64,000 bases of DNA from a virus. Shown one piece after another: positions 1-9,650 of the stretch. The stretch is taken from IMG/VR virus record IMGVR_UViG_3300020123_000589, positions 87,360 to 151,359 of that record, one strand, 5' to 3'. Below the pieces are notes generated by a model that was not told the origin of the DNA, made no database searches, and saw only the letters and a program-made list of their open reading frames with translations. The position numbers and the translations under genes were made by a program. Every line of letters starts with the position of its first letter. Position 1 is the stretch's first letter.

Positions 1-1482
1 ACTGTTACGTTAGAAGCTCCAACTACCATTACAAGTTCGTATGTTCTTAAACTACCTACTTCTCAAAGTAGTGGCACACAGATTTTAACAAACGATGGAT
101 CTGGTAATTTAAGTTGGTCTACGAGTTCTGGTTCTGGAACCGTGAATAGCGGTACTGCTGGAAGATTTTCTTTATATTCTACATCAACAAATGCAGTTTC
201 TGATACGTATGTTCAGAATACACATAATATTACGTTAGCCATTGCTTCTCAAGGAAGCCGTTCAGCAGATTTAGCCATAACTATTCCAAATCCTGGAAAT
301 GCTGTTACGACAGCTAATATTTTATCTGATACGGATACAAATTCTTATACTTTATCTGGGACCTACACGTTGTCAAATGCCCTTACAATTACTCCAACAA
401 CTAACCAATTAATACTAGGTACTACACGAACAGCCACTATTTCAGCTGTTCAACCTGCGACGGCATCTCGTACTTATACTTTTCCAGATTTATCTGGAAA
501 TTATAATGTGGTAGGAGATAGCGGAACTCAAACTATTGGAGGAACCAAGACTTTCAGTTCTGCTTTGACCATTAATCCTACTACGAATCAATTAGTGTTG
601 GGTGGGTCTAGTGGCAATTCAAATACAATTTCTTCTACAGCTCCTGCTACAACCAGTAGAACGTGGACTATACCAGATATATCTGGAAATGCTACATTTT
701 CTGCATTAGAAGGCACACAGACATTCAGTGGCAGTAAAACTTTTAGTTCTACCCTTACAATGTCTGGTGCTACTATTGCGATGGGGTCCAATAAAATTAC
801 TGGACTTGCAGCTGCATCTGCTTCAGGAGATGCTTTATCGTGGGGTAATGCTTTTACAATTCCCGCTATTACAGTTAGTACGACCGCAGCTGCTGAAACT
901 GCAATACATTTTCAAGACAATGGGACAAATACTTTTGAATATTATTCACAAAGAGCTGGAGGTACTACAGACCATTTAAGGGTGTTTGGATATCTTAATA
1001 ATAAAATTCTTCTCGATATAGTAAACACAGCAACAACGTCTCAAGTGGCTATTACTGGAACTAATACAAATGATAGTGCTGCCTCTGGGAATGTTGGAGA
1101 ATATATTTCTGCCACAGTTCTTCGTGCCGCTGCAATTACTACTACTAATTCCACAGCATTCCAATCCCTAACAAGCATTTCTTTGACGGCAGGAGATTGG
1201 GATGTGACTGGTGTGGCTGCTGAGTTTGGTGGAACAGCTACGACAGGATTTGATTTAGAAGTATATGTTGGAACAAGTGCAACGGCAGCTGATGGTGCCT
1301 ATGCAGTTAATATTGGAGAAACTACATCTACTTCTAATGGTAATGGAGACAGTGGTACGTGTATTCCCAATGTTCGGATTTCTTTATCAACAACAACCAC
1401 AGTTTACATTATGGTGGTAACACAATTTACTACTGGAACGGGAAAAGTCTATGGACGTATTTCTGCACGGAGGATAAGATAA
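1..1482 (+). CDS. Tail fibre / virion structural protein (5'-partial; frame open from base 1)
   Basis: Frame 1 is open upstream of the tracked GTG at 142. Thr/Ser/Gly-rich, with an internal duplication TIxPTTNQLxLG...TIS..PA..SRTxTxPDxSGN. Lies just upstream of the neck/tail genes. Confidence 0.65.
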   Translation, partial: TVTLEAPTTITSSYVLKLPTSQSSGTQILTNDGSGNLSWSTSSGSGTVNSGTAGRFSLYSTSTNAVSDTYVQNTHNITLAIASQGSRSADLAITIPNPGNAVTTANILSDTDTNSYTLSGTYTLSNALTITPTTNQLILGTTRTATISAVQPATASRTYTFPDLSGNYNVVGDSGTQTIGGTKTFSSALTINPTTNQLVLGGSSGNSNTISSTAPATTSRTWTIPDISGNATFSALEGTQTFSGSKTFSSTLTMSGATIAMGSNKITGLAAASASGDALSWGNAFTIPAITVSTTAAAETAIHFQDNGTNTFEYYSQRAGGTTDHLRVFGYLNNKILLDIVNTATTSQVAITGTNTNDSAASGNVGEYISATVLRAAAITTTNSTAFQSLTSISLTAGDWDVTGVAAEFGGTATTGFDLEVYVGTSATAADGAYAVNIGETTSTSNGNGDSGTCIPNVRISLSTTTTVYIMVVTQFTTGTGKVYGRISARRIR

Positions 1483-1631
1483 TGCCAATACTTTATACTT
1501 CAGATGGTTGTATGTACGAAGGAATGGATTCAACTACTGTGATAGCATTGCGTACTGAGCTAGGGCATTCTACTACCTTTGTAGATAAAGCTACATTTGA
1601 TGCTTTCATAGCTGCAAATTCTGGTAGATAA
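1482..1631 (+). CDS. Small hypothetical protein (49 aa), possible fibre accessory
   Basis: TAATG overlap with the fibre stop; GGAGG upstream. Confidence 0.45.
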   Translation: MPILYTSDGCMYEGMDSTTVIALRTELGHSTTFVDKATFDAFIAANSGR

Positions 1632-1694
1632 AAGAAACATTGCTGTATAAGTTTTCCAGACAAATTAAAAATATTAAACCGAGGTAAAAAAGTA

Positions 1695-2294
1695 ATGGGC
1701 CACATAATGGAAATTTTGCCAGATGTCACCAATAACGGGCCGACAAATTTTGAGTATTATTTTACCTCAATTCGTGATCGTTTAAAATGGTTGGCCGCAG
1801 CTGGGCATGAACGGGTATTGCTCTTGAAACGAAGATATGATGGCCAGCTTTGTCCATTTACTTCAACTATTCGCCACTCAAGTCAACAGCATGTGCAGGA
1901 TACTATTTGTTATGGAACAAATTTTATTAATCCAAATGTTGTTTTAACAAACACTCCAGGTTTTAATCCAGATAGTGCTACTTCAATCGCCCTTCCAGAT
2001 GGTTTAGGGGGTTACTATCATTCAATAGAAATAACAGCTTCATTAATGGCGGGTGGATATAATAACATTAACGATAAAGATCCAGGTTGGAAGAGGGAAT
2101 ATACTCCAAAATCGTGGACTTTGTGGGAACCCACATTAGAAAAAGGTGATGTTATTGTTCGTAGAAATGGGCAACGATTTATGATTACGCAGGTGGATCA
2201 GTGCCGTTGGAGGCATTTTGTTACACACCAAAAATTTGATATTACTTTACTCGAAACAAATCATCCAGTTTATCAGCTTCCTTTAGGACTTTAA
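1695..2294 (+). CDS. Putative neck / head-closure protein
   Basis: GAGGT SD; LLKRR..G..CP...C.GT...GGY pattern and C-terminal 'GDVIVRRNGQRFMITQV' beta-barrel pattern; sits before terminator and sheath. Confidence 0.5.
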   Translation: MGHIMEILPDVTNNGPTNFEYYFTSIRDRLKWLAAAGHERVLLLKRRYDGQLCPFTSTIRHSSQQHVQDTICYGTNFINPNVVLTNTPGFNPDSATSIALPDGLGGYYHSIEITASLMAGGYNNINDKDPGWKREYTPKSWTLWEPTLEKGDVIVRRNGQRFMITQVDQCRWRHFVTHQKFDITLLETNHPVYQLPLGL

Positions 2295-2295
2295 C

Positions 2296-3294
2296 ATGGG
2301 TTATACACCAGATTATACAGTACGATCACAGATTGTCACGAAGATTCGTGATCAATTTATAAATAATATTCGTCGAATTCTTTCGACAGATTCAAAATAT
2401 ACATACGTTGAACTTCCTAATGGAGAGTATGACTTTTCTCAAACGAAGGTTATCATTTCAGATATTTTTCCCCAGGATCATGCTTTTTATCCGGCCATTG
2501 TGGTTGAGAATATTAGTGGGGCTGAAGAACGTTATTTAGGTCCAGAATCAGAACAGATAATTAAAAGTTTGCCTCCTTCAGCAGAAGATAATACAACATC
2601 CACCCCTTTTAATGTTACAGCCGTAATAGATTCTACTCATTTAGGTGTAAATTCCCTTACAGGTCTTAACATTGGGGATGTTATTACTCAAGGATCTAAT
2701 ACTACGACGATTGCTTTTGTTGGTTTACCAATTACTATCACAAGTATTCCAGATTCAACTCATATAGCTGTTTCATCAGTAGCAGGAATTAAGATTGGTG
2801 ATACAATTGTACAGGGAGTGAATAGCACTACTGTTGTTGTCGATTCACTGCCATTAGGTCCTAATGTTTTGCAGGTATCTAGTTCGGCTGGTTTTGTAGC
2901 CGGAATTGCATATGATACAAATGTTCCTAAGATTACAGTTGGAAGTACAGCAGGATGGGCAGTGACAACGACCAATTTAGCTGGTAATGAATCACTTTTT
3001 GCTAGTGTGGTTTCCACTGTAACAATCAATATTTATACAATCGATGACTCTATCCAGAGGGATGAGCTTACGGATTTGATATATAATGATTTTAAATATA
3101 CAACCACAGATTTAGCTAATTTTGGCATCGAAATCATAAAGACTTCTTTTCCAACTTTTACATCTGCATACAATGAAGGTCGTTGGTTTTTTGCAGGTAA
3201 ACTTATTATCGATGTATATAGTGAATGGGACGGAGTAGTTGCCCCAGCCGTGAACATAACAGCCAATAATGTTTCAATAAGTTTAAGTGAATAA
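2296..3294 (+). CDS. Putative tail completion/terminator protein with an inserted beta-repeat module
   Basis: 'FYPAIVV' and 'TINIYT..S..RDEL.DLI' terminator-like segments flank a 2x repeat; synteny before the sheath. Confidence 0.5.
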   Translation: MGYTPDYTVRSQIVTKIRDQFINNIRRILSTDSKYTYVELPNGEYDFSQTKVIISDIFPQDHAFYPAIVVENISGAEERYLGPESEQIIKSLPPSAEDNTTSTPFNVTAVIDSTHLGVNSLTGLNIGDVITQGSNTTTIAFVGLPITITSIPDSTHIAVSSVAGIKIGDTIVQGVNSTTVVVDSLPLGPNVLQVSSSAGFVAGIAYDTNVPKITVGSTAGWAVTTTNLAGNESLFASVVSTVTINIYTIDDSIQRDELTDLIYNDFKYTTTDLANFGIEIIKTSFPTFTSAYNEGRWFFAGKLIIDVYSEWDGVVAPAVNITANNVSISLSE

Positions 3295-3300
3295 AACCCC

Positions 3301-3338
3301 CTTAAAAATATAATAAAATCAGGTATTATTAGGGAGTA
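3301..3338 (+). promoter_or_regulatory. Conserved 38-bp element upstream of homing endonuclease (copy 1)
   Basis: CTTAAAAATATAATAAAATCAGGTATTATTAGGGAGTA; ungapped match to three other copies. Confidence 0.75.
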
Positions 3339-3388
3339 GTGTATTCTCTTTTAAAATAAACTATTTTAAATACTTAATTCGGTATGAA

Positions 3389-3440
3389 ACTGGTGGTAGA
3401 ACTAGAAGGCTACCACCAGTGGAATACCACCTTCTAGGAG
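3389..3440 (+). promoter_or_regulatory. Predicted H-type RNA pseudoknot overlapping the SD of the GIY-YIG gene
   Basis: S1 3389-3399/3410-3420 (11 bp perfect); S2 3402-3409/3430-3437 (8 bp perfect); SD AGGAG at 3436-3440. Confidence 0.55.
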
Positions 3441-3448
3441 TTAAAGTT

Positions 3449-4063
3449 ATGAACAAGAATCGTTTTGGTATTTTAGCCAAACCCGCTATTTACAAGATTG
3501 TAAACACCTTTAATGGGTTGCTTTATATCGGTTCATCTTTGAATGCTTTAAAAAGATGGAATAATCATTTGTATGCACTTAGGCACAATAAGCACGATTC
3601 ATCTCTTTTGCAAAATGCATGGAATAAATATGGTGAAGAAGCCTTTATTTGTGAAGTCCTTGAATATGTAGAAAAACCAACGAAAAAGAATATGGTTGCA
3701 AAAGAACAACATTGGTTAGATTTTTACCAGAGCTATGAAAGAGCCAAGGGATACAACGCTTGTCGAAAGGCTGACAGCCCAATTGGTGTAGAAAGAACCC
3801 CAGAGCATCGAAAGAAAATTAGTGACACCCTAAAACGTAAGTATAGAACTGGAGAAATACAGGTAAATTTTAAGGGGCATCACCATACAAATAAAACCAA
3901 AAGAATATCTGGTAATAAAATTAGATTGTGGTGGGGACAGCCAGAGAATAGAGAAAAAATGAAAAAGATTTTTGCCTGTCCTGAAACTAGGAAGAAGAAG
4001 TTAAAAGCAGTTGCTAAAGCTAGAAAAGTTCAAAAAGATTTAAGAAATAAACGTAAGCAATAA
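3449..4063 (+). CDS. GIY-YIG homing endonuclease (free-standing)
   Basis: AIYKIVN...LYIGSS...KRW...H, conserved E and 'GYN'; basic NUMOD-like C-terminus. Start moved to ATG 3449 (AGGAG SD). Confidence 0.9.
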   Translation: MNKNRFGILAKPAIYKIVNTFNGLLYIGSSLNALKRWNNHLYALRHNKHDSSLLQNAWNKYGEEAFICEVLEYVEKPTKKNMVAKEQHWLDFYQSYERAKGYNACRKADSPIGVERTPEHRKKISDTLKRKYRTGEIQVNFKGHHHTNKTKRISGNKIRLWWGQPENREKMKKIFACPETRKKKLKAVAKARKVQKDLRNKRKQ

Positions 4064-4084
4064 ATTTTTTAGAGGAGATCCAAA

Positions 4085-5782
4085 ATGCCTTCAATTAATA
4101 ATCAGCCAACTCTTCCTGGTGTGTATTCGCAAGTGCAGCAACAGCTACTCCCCTCAGTAACGGGCGGTATCCGTGTTGCAGCATTTATTGGAACAGGCCG
4201 TCTAACAAATTTAGTTACGGGCGAAGCCGTAACTCGCGGTTCTGGTAATAATGATGCTCTCGCCCACACTGCAACAATTCTTGATGGAACTACCATTACT
4301 GATCAGAATTTCGCTGTGTACGAATCAGGTGCGGATTATAATTCATCTCCTGTTTCAGGTGGAATAGGTTGGCTTACTGGTGCTGCTCAAATCACAGGGA
4401 CAACTTCCGCTCCTTATGCAGACCAAGCCACAAAAACTTTCTCGTTTAAAGTTGGAAATACTACACCTACCGTCGTAACATTCACAACTCCAGCTATTAC
4501 TCTTACTGAAGTTGTAACTCAAATTAATACCGCTTATGGTGACACAATAGCTTCTGCAAATGGTTCTAGCCTAGAACTTAGCACAGGAACATTAACTGTT
4601 CCAGTGTTATTTAATACATCAATCACAATCGAAAATGGAACAGCAGCATCTGCTCTAGGATTTACTCCTGGATCATTGGTTTCTGCTCCTTCTCGTCCAG
4701 CTCTTGGAGTTGTTTATTTTGTCAATTACGAGTGGGCCAAAGCAGTAGGCGATGGTCAAAACTCTTTTGAACCACAGTTTTTCTTTTTACAAAACTTCAG
4801 CACGATCACCAATGCTATGGGATCTGTTGGTGGTGGAGATTCTCAAACTGCTAATATGAACGGCGCGTGGACTCTTCCTGTTGCTGCTCAGCTTGCTCAG
4901 CAAAATGGAGCCAGCATTATTTGTTTGATGCAGATGAATCCTGTTGATGGTGCTAATGCTTCTCAAGTTCGTTCAGCACTTACAAAACTTTTTATTCCTA
5001 ATATTAACATTGTAGTTTCATTAGATGCAGCAGATAATGCGATGTTAATTCCTGATATTACGAATCATGTGGAAGAGGCATCTAGCACAATTAATCGATT
5101 AGAGAGAACAGCATTTATTGGATTCTCAGCACTTTCAAATCCAAGTGATGCTACTATGCTTGGATATGCAACGGCTGCTTCTAGCAATCGCGTTGTTGTC
5201 GTCAACCAAACAAATACCACATATACGATGTTTGTTGGTACTAATACACTTCCATCCACCGTTGATGGTACGATGATGGCTGCTGCTCTTGCTGCTTTAA
5301 GAACAAATCCAGCCTTTGATGTTGCCCAGCCACTTACTCGTGAAATAGTTTCTGGTATTGCCACTACGAATACGTTAGCACAATCAGAAAAGACTATCTT
5401 TGCAAATCAAGGTGTATTGGTTGTTGATAATATTTCAGGGTCAGCCAAGGTTGTATTTGGAACGACAACCGAGTTTGCCGATATTCTTGATCAGCTTTAT
5501 CAGGTTGTTGAGATTAGTGATTATTGTGCTCAAACTATTCGCGGATTGTTAGATCCTATTTTCATCGGACAAAAATTGCTTGCAAATACACCTTCACAGG
5601 TTGAGACAGTTACTTCAGCAATTCTATCGGATATTGAATCCAGTAATATTATTGAGTCATTTACACAACCAACGGCTACAGTAAATCCATTGCAACCTAC
5701 GCAGATCCTAGTTAATGTTGGAGTACAGCCTGTACTCGAACTCGATACTATTTTCATTACGTTAGGTTTGAATTTGGCATAA
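4085..5782 (+). CDS. Contractile tail sheath protein
   Basis: N-terminal 'LPGVYSQ', 'AAFIG'; C-terminal 'FIGQK...V.V.VQPV..LD.IFIT'; 565 aa. Confidence 0.85.
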   Translation: MPSINNQPTLPGVYSQVQQQLLPSVTGGIRVAAFIGTGRLTNLVTGEAVTRGSGNNDALAHTATILDGTTITDQNFAVYESGADYNSSPVSGGIGWLTGAAQITGTTSAPYADQATKTFSFKVGNTTPTVVTFTTPAITLTEVVTQINTAYGDTIASANGSSLELSTGTLTVPVLFNTSITIENGTAASALGFTPGSLVSAPSRPALGVVYFVNYEWAKAVGDGQNSFEPQFFFLQNFSTITNAMGSVGGGDSQTANMNGAWTLPVAAQLAQQNGASIICLMQMNPVDGANASQVRSALTKLFIPNINIVVSLDAADNAMLIPDITNHVEEASSTINRLERTAFIGFSALSNPSDATMLGYATAASSNRVVVVNQTNTTYTMFVGTNTLPSTVDGTMMAAALAALRTNPAFDVAQPLTREIVSGIATTNTLAQSEKTIFANQGVLVVDNISGSAKVVFGTTTEFADILDQLYQVVEISDYCAQTIRGLLDPIFIGQKLLANTPSQVETVTSAILSDIESSNIIESFTQPTATVNPLQPTQILVNVGVQPVLELDTIFITLGLNLA

Positions 5783-5824
5783 TAGTAGCAAAAATTTTAA
5801 AAGGTACTTTTAAGGAGAACCACC

Positions 5825-6355
5825 ATGGCAGAGCTTGGCAATACAAATGCGCGACTTAGTACTTCAGTATCACTTTTTCTATTACCACAGAGTCTAAATG
5901 CAACGACTTTGAATAATCCAGCTGCTCTTCTTTCTTTAGCGCAACAGTCTACGAAGATCGGAGCAGTTCAATCTTTTACACAAACTCAAAGACGAGATAC
6001 AGATTTTCGATTTGAGTTGGATTCTGATCAGCAAGGCAAGCCAGTTGAAAGATTGCCCCGCACAGTGAGTGAATACAGCCTTCGTGCTGACCGAGTTATG
6101 TTGTATCTATCAGATGCTCTTGAAGTGTTGGGTATTTCTGGTGATGACATTGTGAATAACAATGCTCCAATTGGTATTTTGAAACAGGAAATCGCACCTG
6201 CCGGATCTTCAGCTCCCACAAAGTCCACGATTTTTACGGGAGTGTGGATTCATTCAGTTTCTGCCACATACAATATCGCTGGTGGAGATTTAAGAATTTT
6301 GGAAGGTGTGGATTTTGGATATACATCGTCTACAGTGGTCGGAGAGCCAGTATAA
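5825..6355 (+). CDS. Tail tube protein
   Basis: Directly after the sheath, 176 aa, 'IGAVQSF' and 'FTGVWI.S.S..Y' pattern. Confidence 0.7.
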   Translation: MAELGNTNARLSTSVSLFLLPQSLNATTLNNPAALLSLAQQSTKIGAVQSFTQTQRRDTDFRFELDSDQQGKPVERLPRTVSEYSLRADRVMLYLSDALEVLGISGDDIVNNNAPIGILKQEIAPAGSSAPTKSTIFTGVWIHSVSATYNIAGGDLRILEGVDFGYTSSTVVGEPV

Positions 6356-6402
6356 GATTAGTTCCTAGAATAGTAAAAAGATAAGAGAGTAAAGGAGTTA
6401 CA

Positions 6403-6750
6403 ATGGACTTGAAAAGCTTCGCAGCATTAGGGCTTGTTTCTAAGGAATTCGAGATTGTAAAAGATTTAAAAGTATCAATGCACACGCTTTCTGTTTTGCA
6501 GCAACAGCAAGCATTGTCTGAATTGATTGTTTCTCCCGCAGGACAAGATCCAGCCCTTCGCACTGTGGTTTTGCAGCAAGCCTTGTTGGTTTATGCTTTG
6601 GATACAATCAACGGTGCAAAAGTTACATTGCAAGAAGCAAAAGATTTCATTCAAAATTTACAAGCTCCAATCTTTAATGAAATTTACAATTGTTATGATT
6701 TGATGGCTCAAGAACAGGATAATACCCTTACTGAATTAAAAAAAAAATAG
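6403..6750 (+). CDS. Tail assembly chaperone (lambda G-like)
   Basis: Lies between tube and tape measure; ends TTA AAA AAA AAA TAG. Confidence 0.75.
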   Translation: MDLKSFAALGLVSKEFEIVKDLKVSMHTLSVLQQQQALSELIVSPAGQDPALRTVVLQQALLVYALDTINGAKVTLQEAKDFIQNLQAPIFNEIYNCYDLMAQEQDNTLTELKKK

Positions 6751-7115
6751 AAAATCCCTCTGATATACTTCCCTTCCGCGATCTCTGGATCGTAGCTAAA
6801 GCTCTCCGTGTTTCTCCCTTTTCTGAAACCATTTCTTCTCTTTCTCCAGCCGAATTTACATGGGTTTTAATGAATCATTCTAAAGATGAAGAAGAAGAAT
6901 GGAAAAAATTTGAATACCTTTGTCGATTTATAAATCCTCAAGCTGCTACCGAAGTATTTGATCAAAAAGTTATTGAAAAGACCGTTAGCACAGAAGATGT
7001 ACTCTTCGAGCAAATGAGCAAAGACCTTAAGGGTAAATACAGCCCTAAAGAATTGAAAGCAATAATGGAAGACCCAAAACATCATAGCGAATTGGATAGG
7101 ATTGAACGAGTTTAA
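6403..7115 (+). CDS. Tail assembly chaperone, -1 frameshift product (GT-like)
   Basis: A10 run at 6738-6747. The -1 frame is open from there (KIENPSDILPFRDLW...) into ORF 6870..7115. Confidence 0.75.
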
Positions 7116-7140
7116 CTTTTCTTTACATAAAATAAACCCC

Positions 7141-7169
7141 TTGACAAGTTCTCCTTTTTCTGCTAGACT
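7141..7169 (+). promoter_or_regulatory. Sigma70-type promoter
   Basis: TTGACA-17-(TGc)TAGACT. Confidence 0.7.
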
Positions 7170-7193
7170 CATAGTAGAGAGGAGATAATTAAA

Positions 7194-7367
7194 ATGATTA
7201 TTGTAGGTATTATTTTTGTTCTATGTGTTTACATTGTTGCTCTTATTGGTAAGATATTTAATTTACGTGATGGAACTATGGCTGGTTTATGTATGTGGGT
7301 TTTTTTAGTAGTTTTAGGTTCAATATTTTATTTGCTATCTTCTGTACCTGTAGAAACATTTCGCTAA
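7194..7367 (+). CDS. Small two-TM membrane protein (57 aa; moron-like)
   Basis: GAGGAG SD; MIIVGIIFVLCVYIVALIGKIFNLRDGTMAGLCMWVFLVVLGSIFYLLSSVPVETFR; below the ORF-track cutoff. Confidence 0.65.
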   Translation: MIIVGIIFVLCVYIVALIGKIFNLRDGTMAGLCMWVFLVVLGSIFYLLSSVPVETFR

Positions 7368-7422
7368 TTCGTACTGTTTTAGTAGTTCCAACCTAACGTA
7401 GTAAAATTCCGAGGATATTCCA

Positions 7423-9144
7423 TTGGCAGATATTTTAGGCCCTTCTGGGCAACCCTTACCTCCATCTAATCCATTTTTATCTCAGCAGGGCGTAAGTTCT
7501 ACTGCGTCTGTTAATACTACCCAAGCGCAAAAGGCTTTCGCTGAATTACAGCGAGTTTTAGATAATATTATGAAGTCCTTTAGTGGCAATTGGGACAAAA
7601 TGACCACGGATAGGCTTAAATCTGAGGAGCGTTTTTACCGTGCGGTAGGAGACAAAGCTAAAGAACGACAGGTAATGCTTCAGCGATATAGCAAGGAAGC
7701 TCTTGATTCCATAGAAGCTGAAAAACGTGCCGGATTAGAAGCTTTGAGTATGCAGGGATTGGCCAAAGAAGAACTTGAAAAACGAAAAACAGAAATTACC
7801 CGCAGAGCTTCTGAAGAACGAGCAAATATTGAAAAAGAAACGGCTAAAAAATTGGCGCAGGATCGCGGAGTTGGCGGAGCAATTCGAGGTGTAACATCTT
7901 TTGTAGGTGGGCAATTAGGTGGTTCTGTGGGGGGTCTTATTGCAGGAGTTGGTTCACTTATTGCAAATCCAGCCATGGCCATCCCCGCAGCTATCCTTGG
8001 ATCATTGTTGGAGATGGCGAATACTAAAGCAGCTTTTACTAAAACAGGTGCCCAACTTGCAGGAGCAGGTTTACGTCTTGGAGCTGGTGGTGGCGGTGGT
8101 TTAGGATTCGCTACAAGTTTATTTGGAGGTCCTTTTGGGGCTTTAGGACAGGCATTGGGAGCAGATCAACAGCGCGAGATTATTGGTATGATGGCTGGAT
8201 CTCGCACCATGATAGATCAAGCTCGTTCTGGGGGCGGTTTTGGGGCCATACGTGGCAATCTAGGGCTCTTTGCCAATATCCTTCCTGATGCTACAAAAGA
8301 GATGGAGTTGTTTACGGATGCTACTAAAGGCTTGGGAATGTCCCAACGCGATATTACAAATACTTTTGTTTCTTCCAGGGTTAATGCAGAACGGCTTAAA
8401 ATTACGCAAATTGATGCTATTAACACACAAATGGAAATGCAAAAAGCCCTTCGTAACATTACAAATGATGGGGCTGTTGCGGCCAATGTGCTTTCCAATA
8501 TTACAGGGTACTTAAATAAAATAGGTGCAAGTGAGGCTGAAAAGATTAGAATCGGCGGAGCTATAGGGCAAGCAGGAGCTAATCTTTCGTTTTCTTCTAT
8601 TGTTGGCATGTCTGCTTTTCTTAATAATGGAAAAATTCCAACACCAGAAGCAATGTTCGGCACAGGAGCATTTGGCGTGTCTGGAAGTAAAGTAGGTATA
8701 CTGCCAAATGTTTTTCAAACATTAGGTGGATTTTTAACTAAAGTTGGTGGTCAATTTCACGACCCAACTTCCAAAATGTTAGCGGCCTCTCAATTACAAC
8801 AAAATTTTCTCCCTGGCCTTCGTATGCAAGATATTCCACAATTTTTTAATCTTGCTAATTCAATGATGGGTGGAGGTAAGGGAATAGATTTTGAAAAACA
8901 ATTTAAAGCATTGGAAGGTAAAACTCCACAAGCGGCAATGGCTGATGGTATTGAAACATTAGCTTCTATTGTCGGCCCAATACATCGACTTGAAAATGTG
9001 TTTACTAATTTCTGGACCATGGTAGATGATAGGCTAAATAAAATTTTGGAAGCCTTGCATTTTCCTGGGCATATCGCGCATAGTTTTGGTCAATGGGTCG
9101 ATAAAAATATTATACACAAACCAAGCGGTCAATCAGGCAGGTAA
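7423..9144 (+). CDS. Tape measure protein
   Basis: After the chaperones; helical, Ala/Gly-rich with a central hydrophobic stretch; TTG start with GAGG SD. Confidence 0.75.
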   Translation: MADILGPSGQPLPPSNPFLSQQGVSSTASVNTTQAQKAFAELQRVLDNIMKSFSGNWDKMTTDRLKSEERFYRAVGDKAKERQVMLQRYSKEALDSIEAEKRAGLEALSMQGLAKEELEKRKTEITRRASEERANIEKETAKKLAQDRGVGGAIRGVTSFVGGQLGGSVGGLIAGVGSLIANPAMAIPAAILGSLLEMANTKAAFTKTGAQLAGAGLRLGAGGGGGLGFATSLFGGPFGALGQALGADQQREIIGMMAGSRTMIDQARSGGGFGAIRGNLGLFANILPDATKEMELFTDATKGLGMSQRDITNTFVSSRVNAERLKITQIDAINTQMEMQKALRNITNDGAVAANVLSNITGYLNKIGASEAEKIRIGGAIGQAGANLSFSSIVGMSAFLNNGKIPTPEAMFGTGAFGVSGSKVGILPNVFQTLGGFLTKVGGQFHDPTSKMLAASQLQQNFLPGLRMQDIPQFFNLANSMMGGGKGIDFEKQFKALEGKTPQAAMADGIETLASIVGPIHRLENVFTNFWTMVDDRLNKILEALHFPGHIAHSFGQWVDKNIIHKPSGQSGR

Positions 9145-9149
9145 ATTAA

Positions 9150-9647
9150 ATGGCACAAACTTATCCAGTCCGTCTCAACAATTTAAATTTCTTCGTTAAT
9201 CCCCGCAATATGAAAATTACGAAAAATGTTAGTTACGGCACACTTCCAACTCAAGGTGGAGTTCAGTATCAGATTTGGTACAATACCCCCGAAACTCTTG
9301 TAATGACTGGGGCTTCTGCTGGACAAACCGCGTACCAAGAACTGTTATTTCTTAAACAACAGTTTGAAATGAACAACAAACTTTCAACTCTCTTTTACAA
9401 AACTCAAGTTTATCAAGGATTCATTACTTTATTAGATGTAGAAGCTTCCACAGGGCATCTGAATGAGTTTACATACACAATTAATTTTCAATTGTTATTT
9501 GGACAACAATTTGCGATTGAAGATTTCTCAATCTCAACGACAAATAATGGATTAGTTCAAGGTGCAATTGGGCGACTTCAAAGTATTTTAAATATTCCAT
9601 TAAATAAGGCTAGTGCGAATATTAGTAATTTGTTGCAAAAATTCTAA
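9150..9647 (+). CDS. Putative tail tube initiator / baseplate protein
   Basis: 'FFVNP..M', 'T.GG', 'Y.G.I..L' pattern; follows the tape measure. Confidence 0.6.
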   Translation: MAQTYPVRLNNLNFFVNPRNMKITKNVSYGTLPTQGGVQYQIWYNTPETLVMTGASAGQTAYQELLFLKQQFEMNNKLSTLFYKTQVYQGFITLLDVEASTGHLNEFTYTINFQLLFGQQFAIEDFSISTTNNGLVQGAIGRLQSILNIPLNKASANISNLLQKF

Positions 9648-9650
9648 ATT

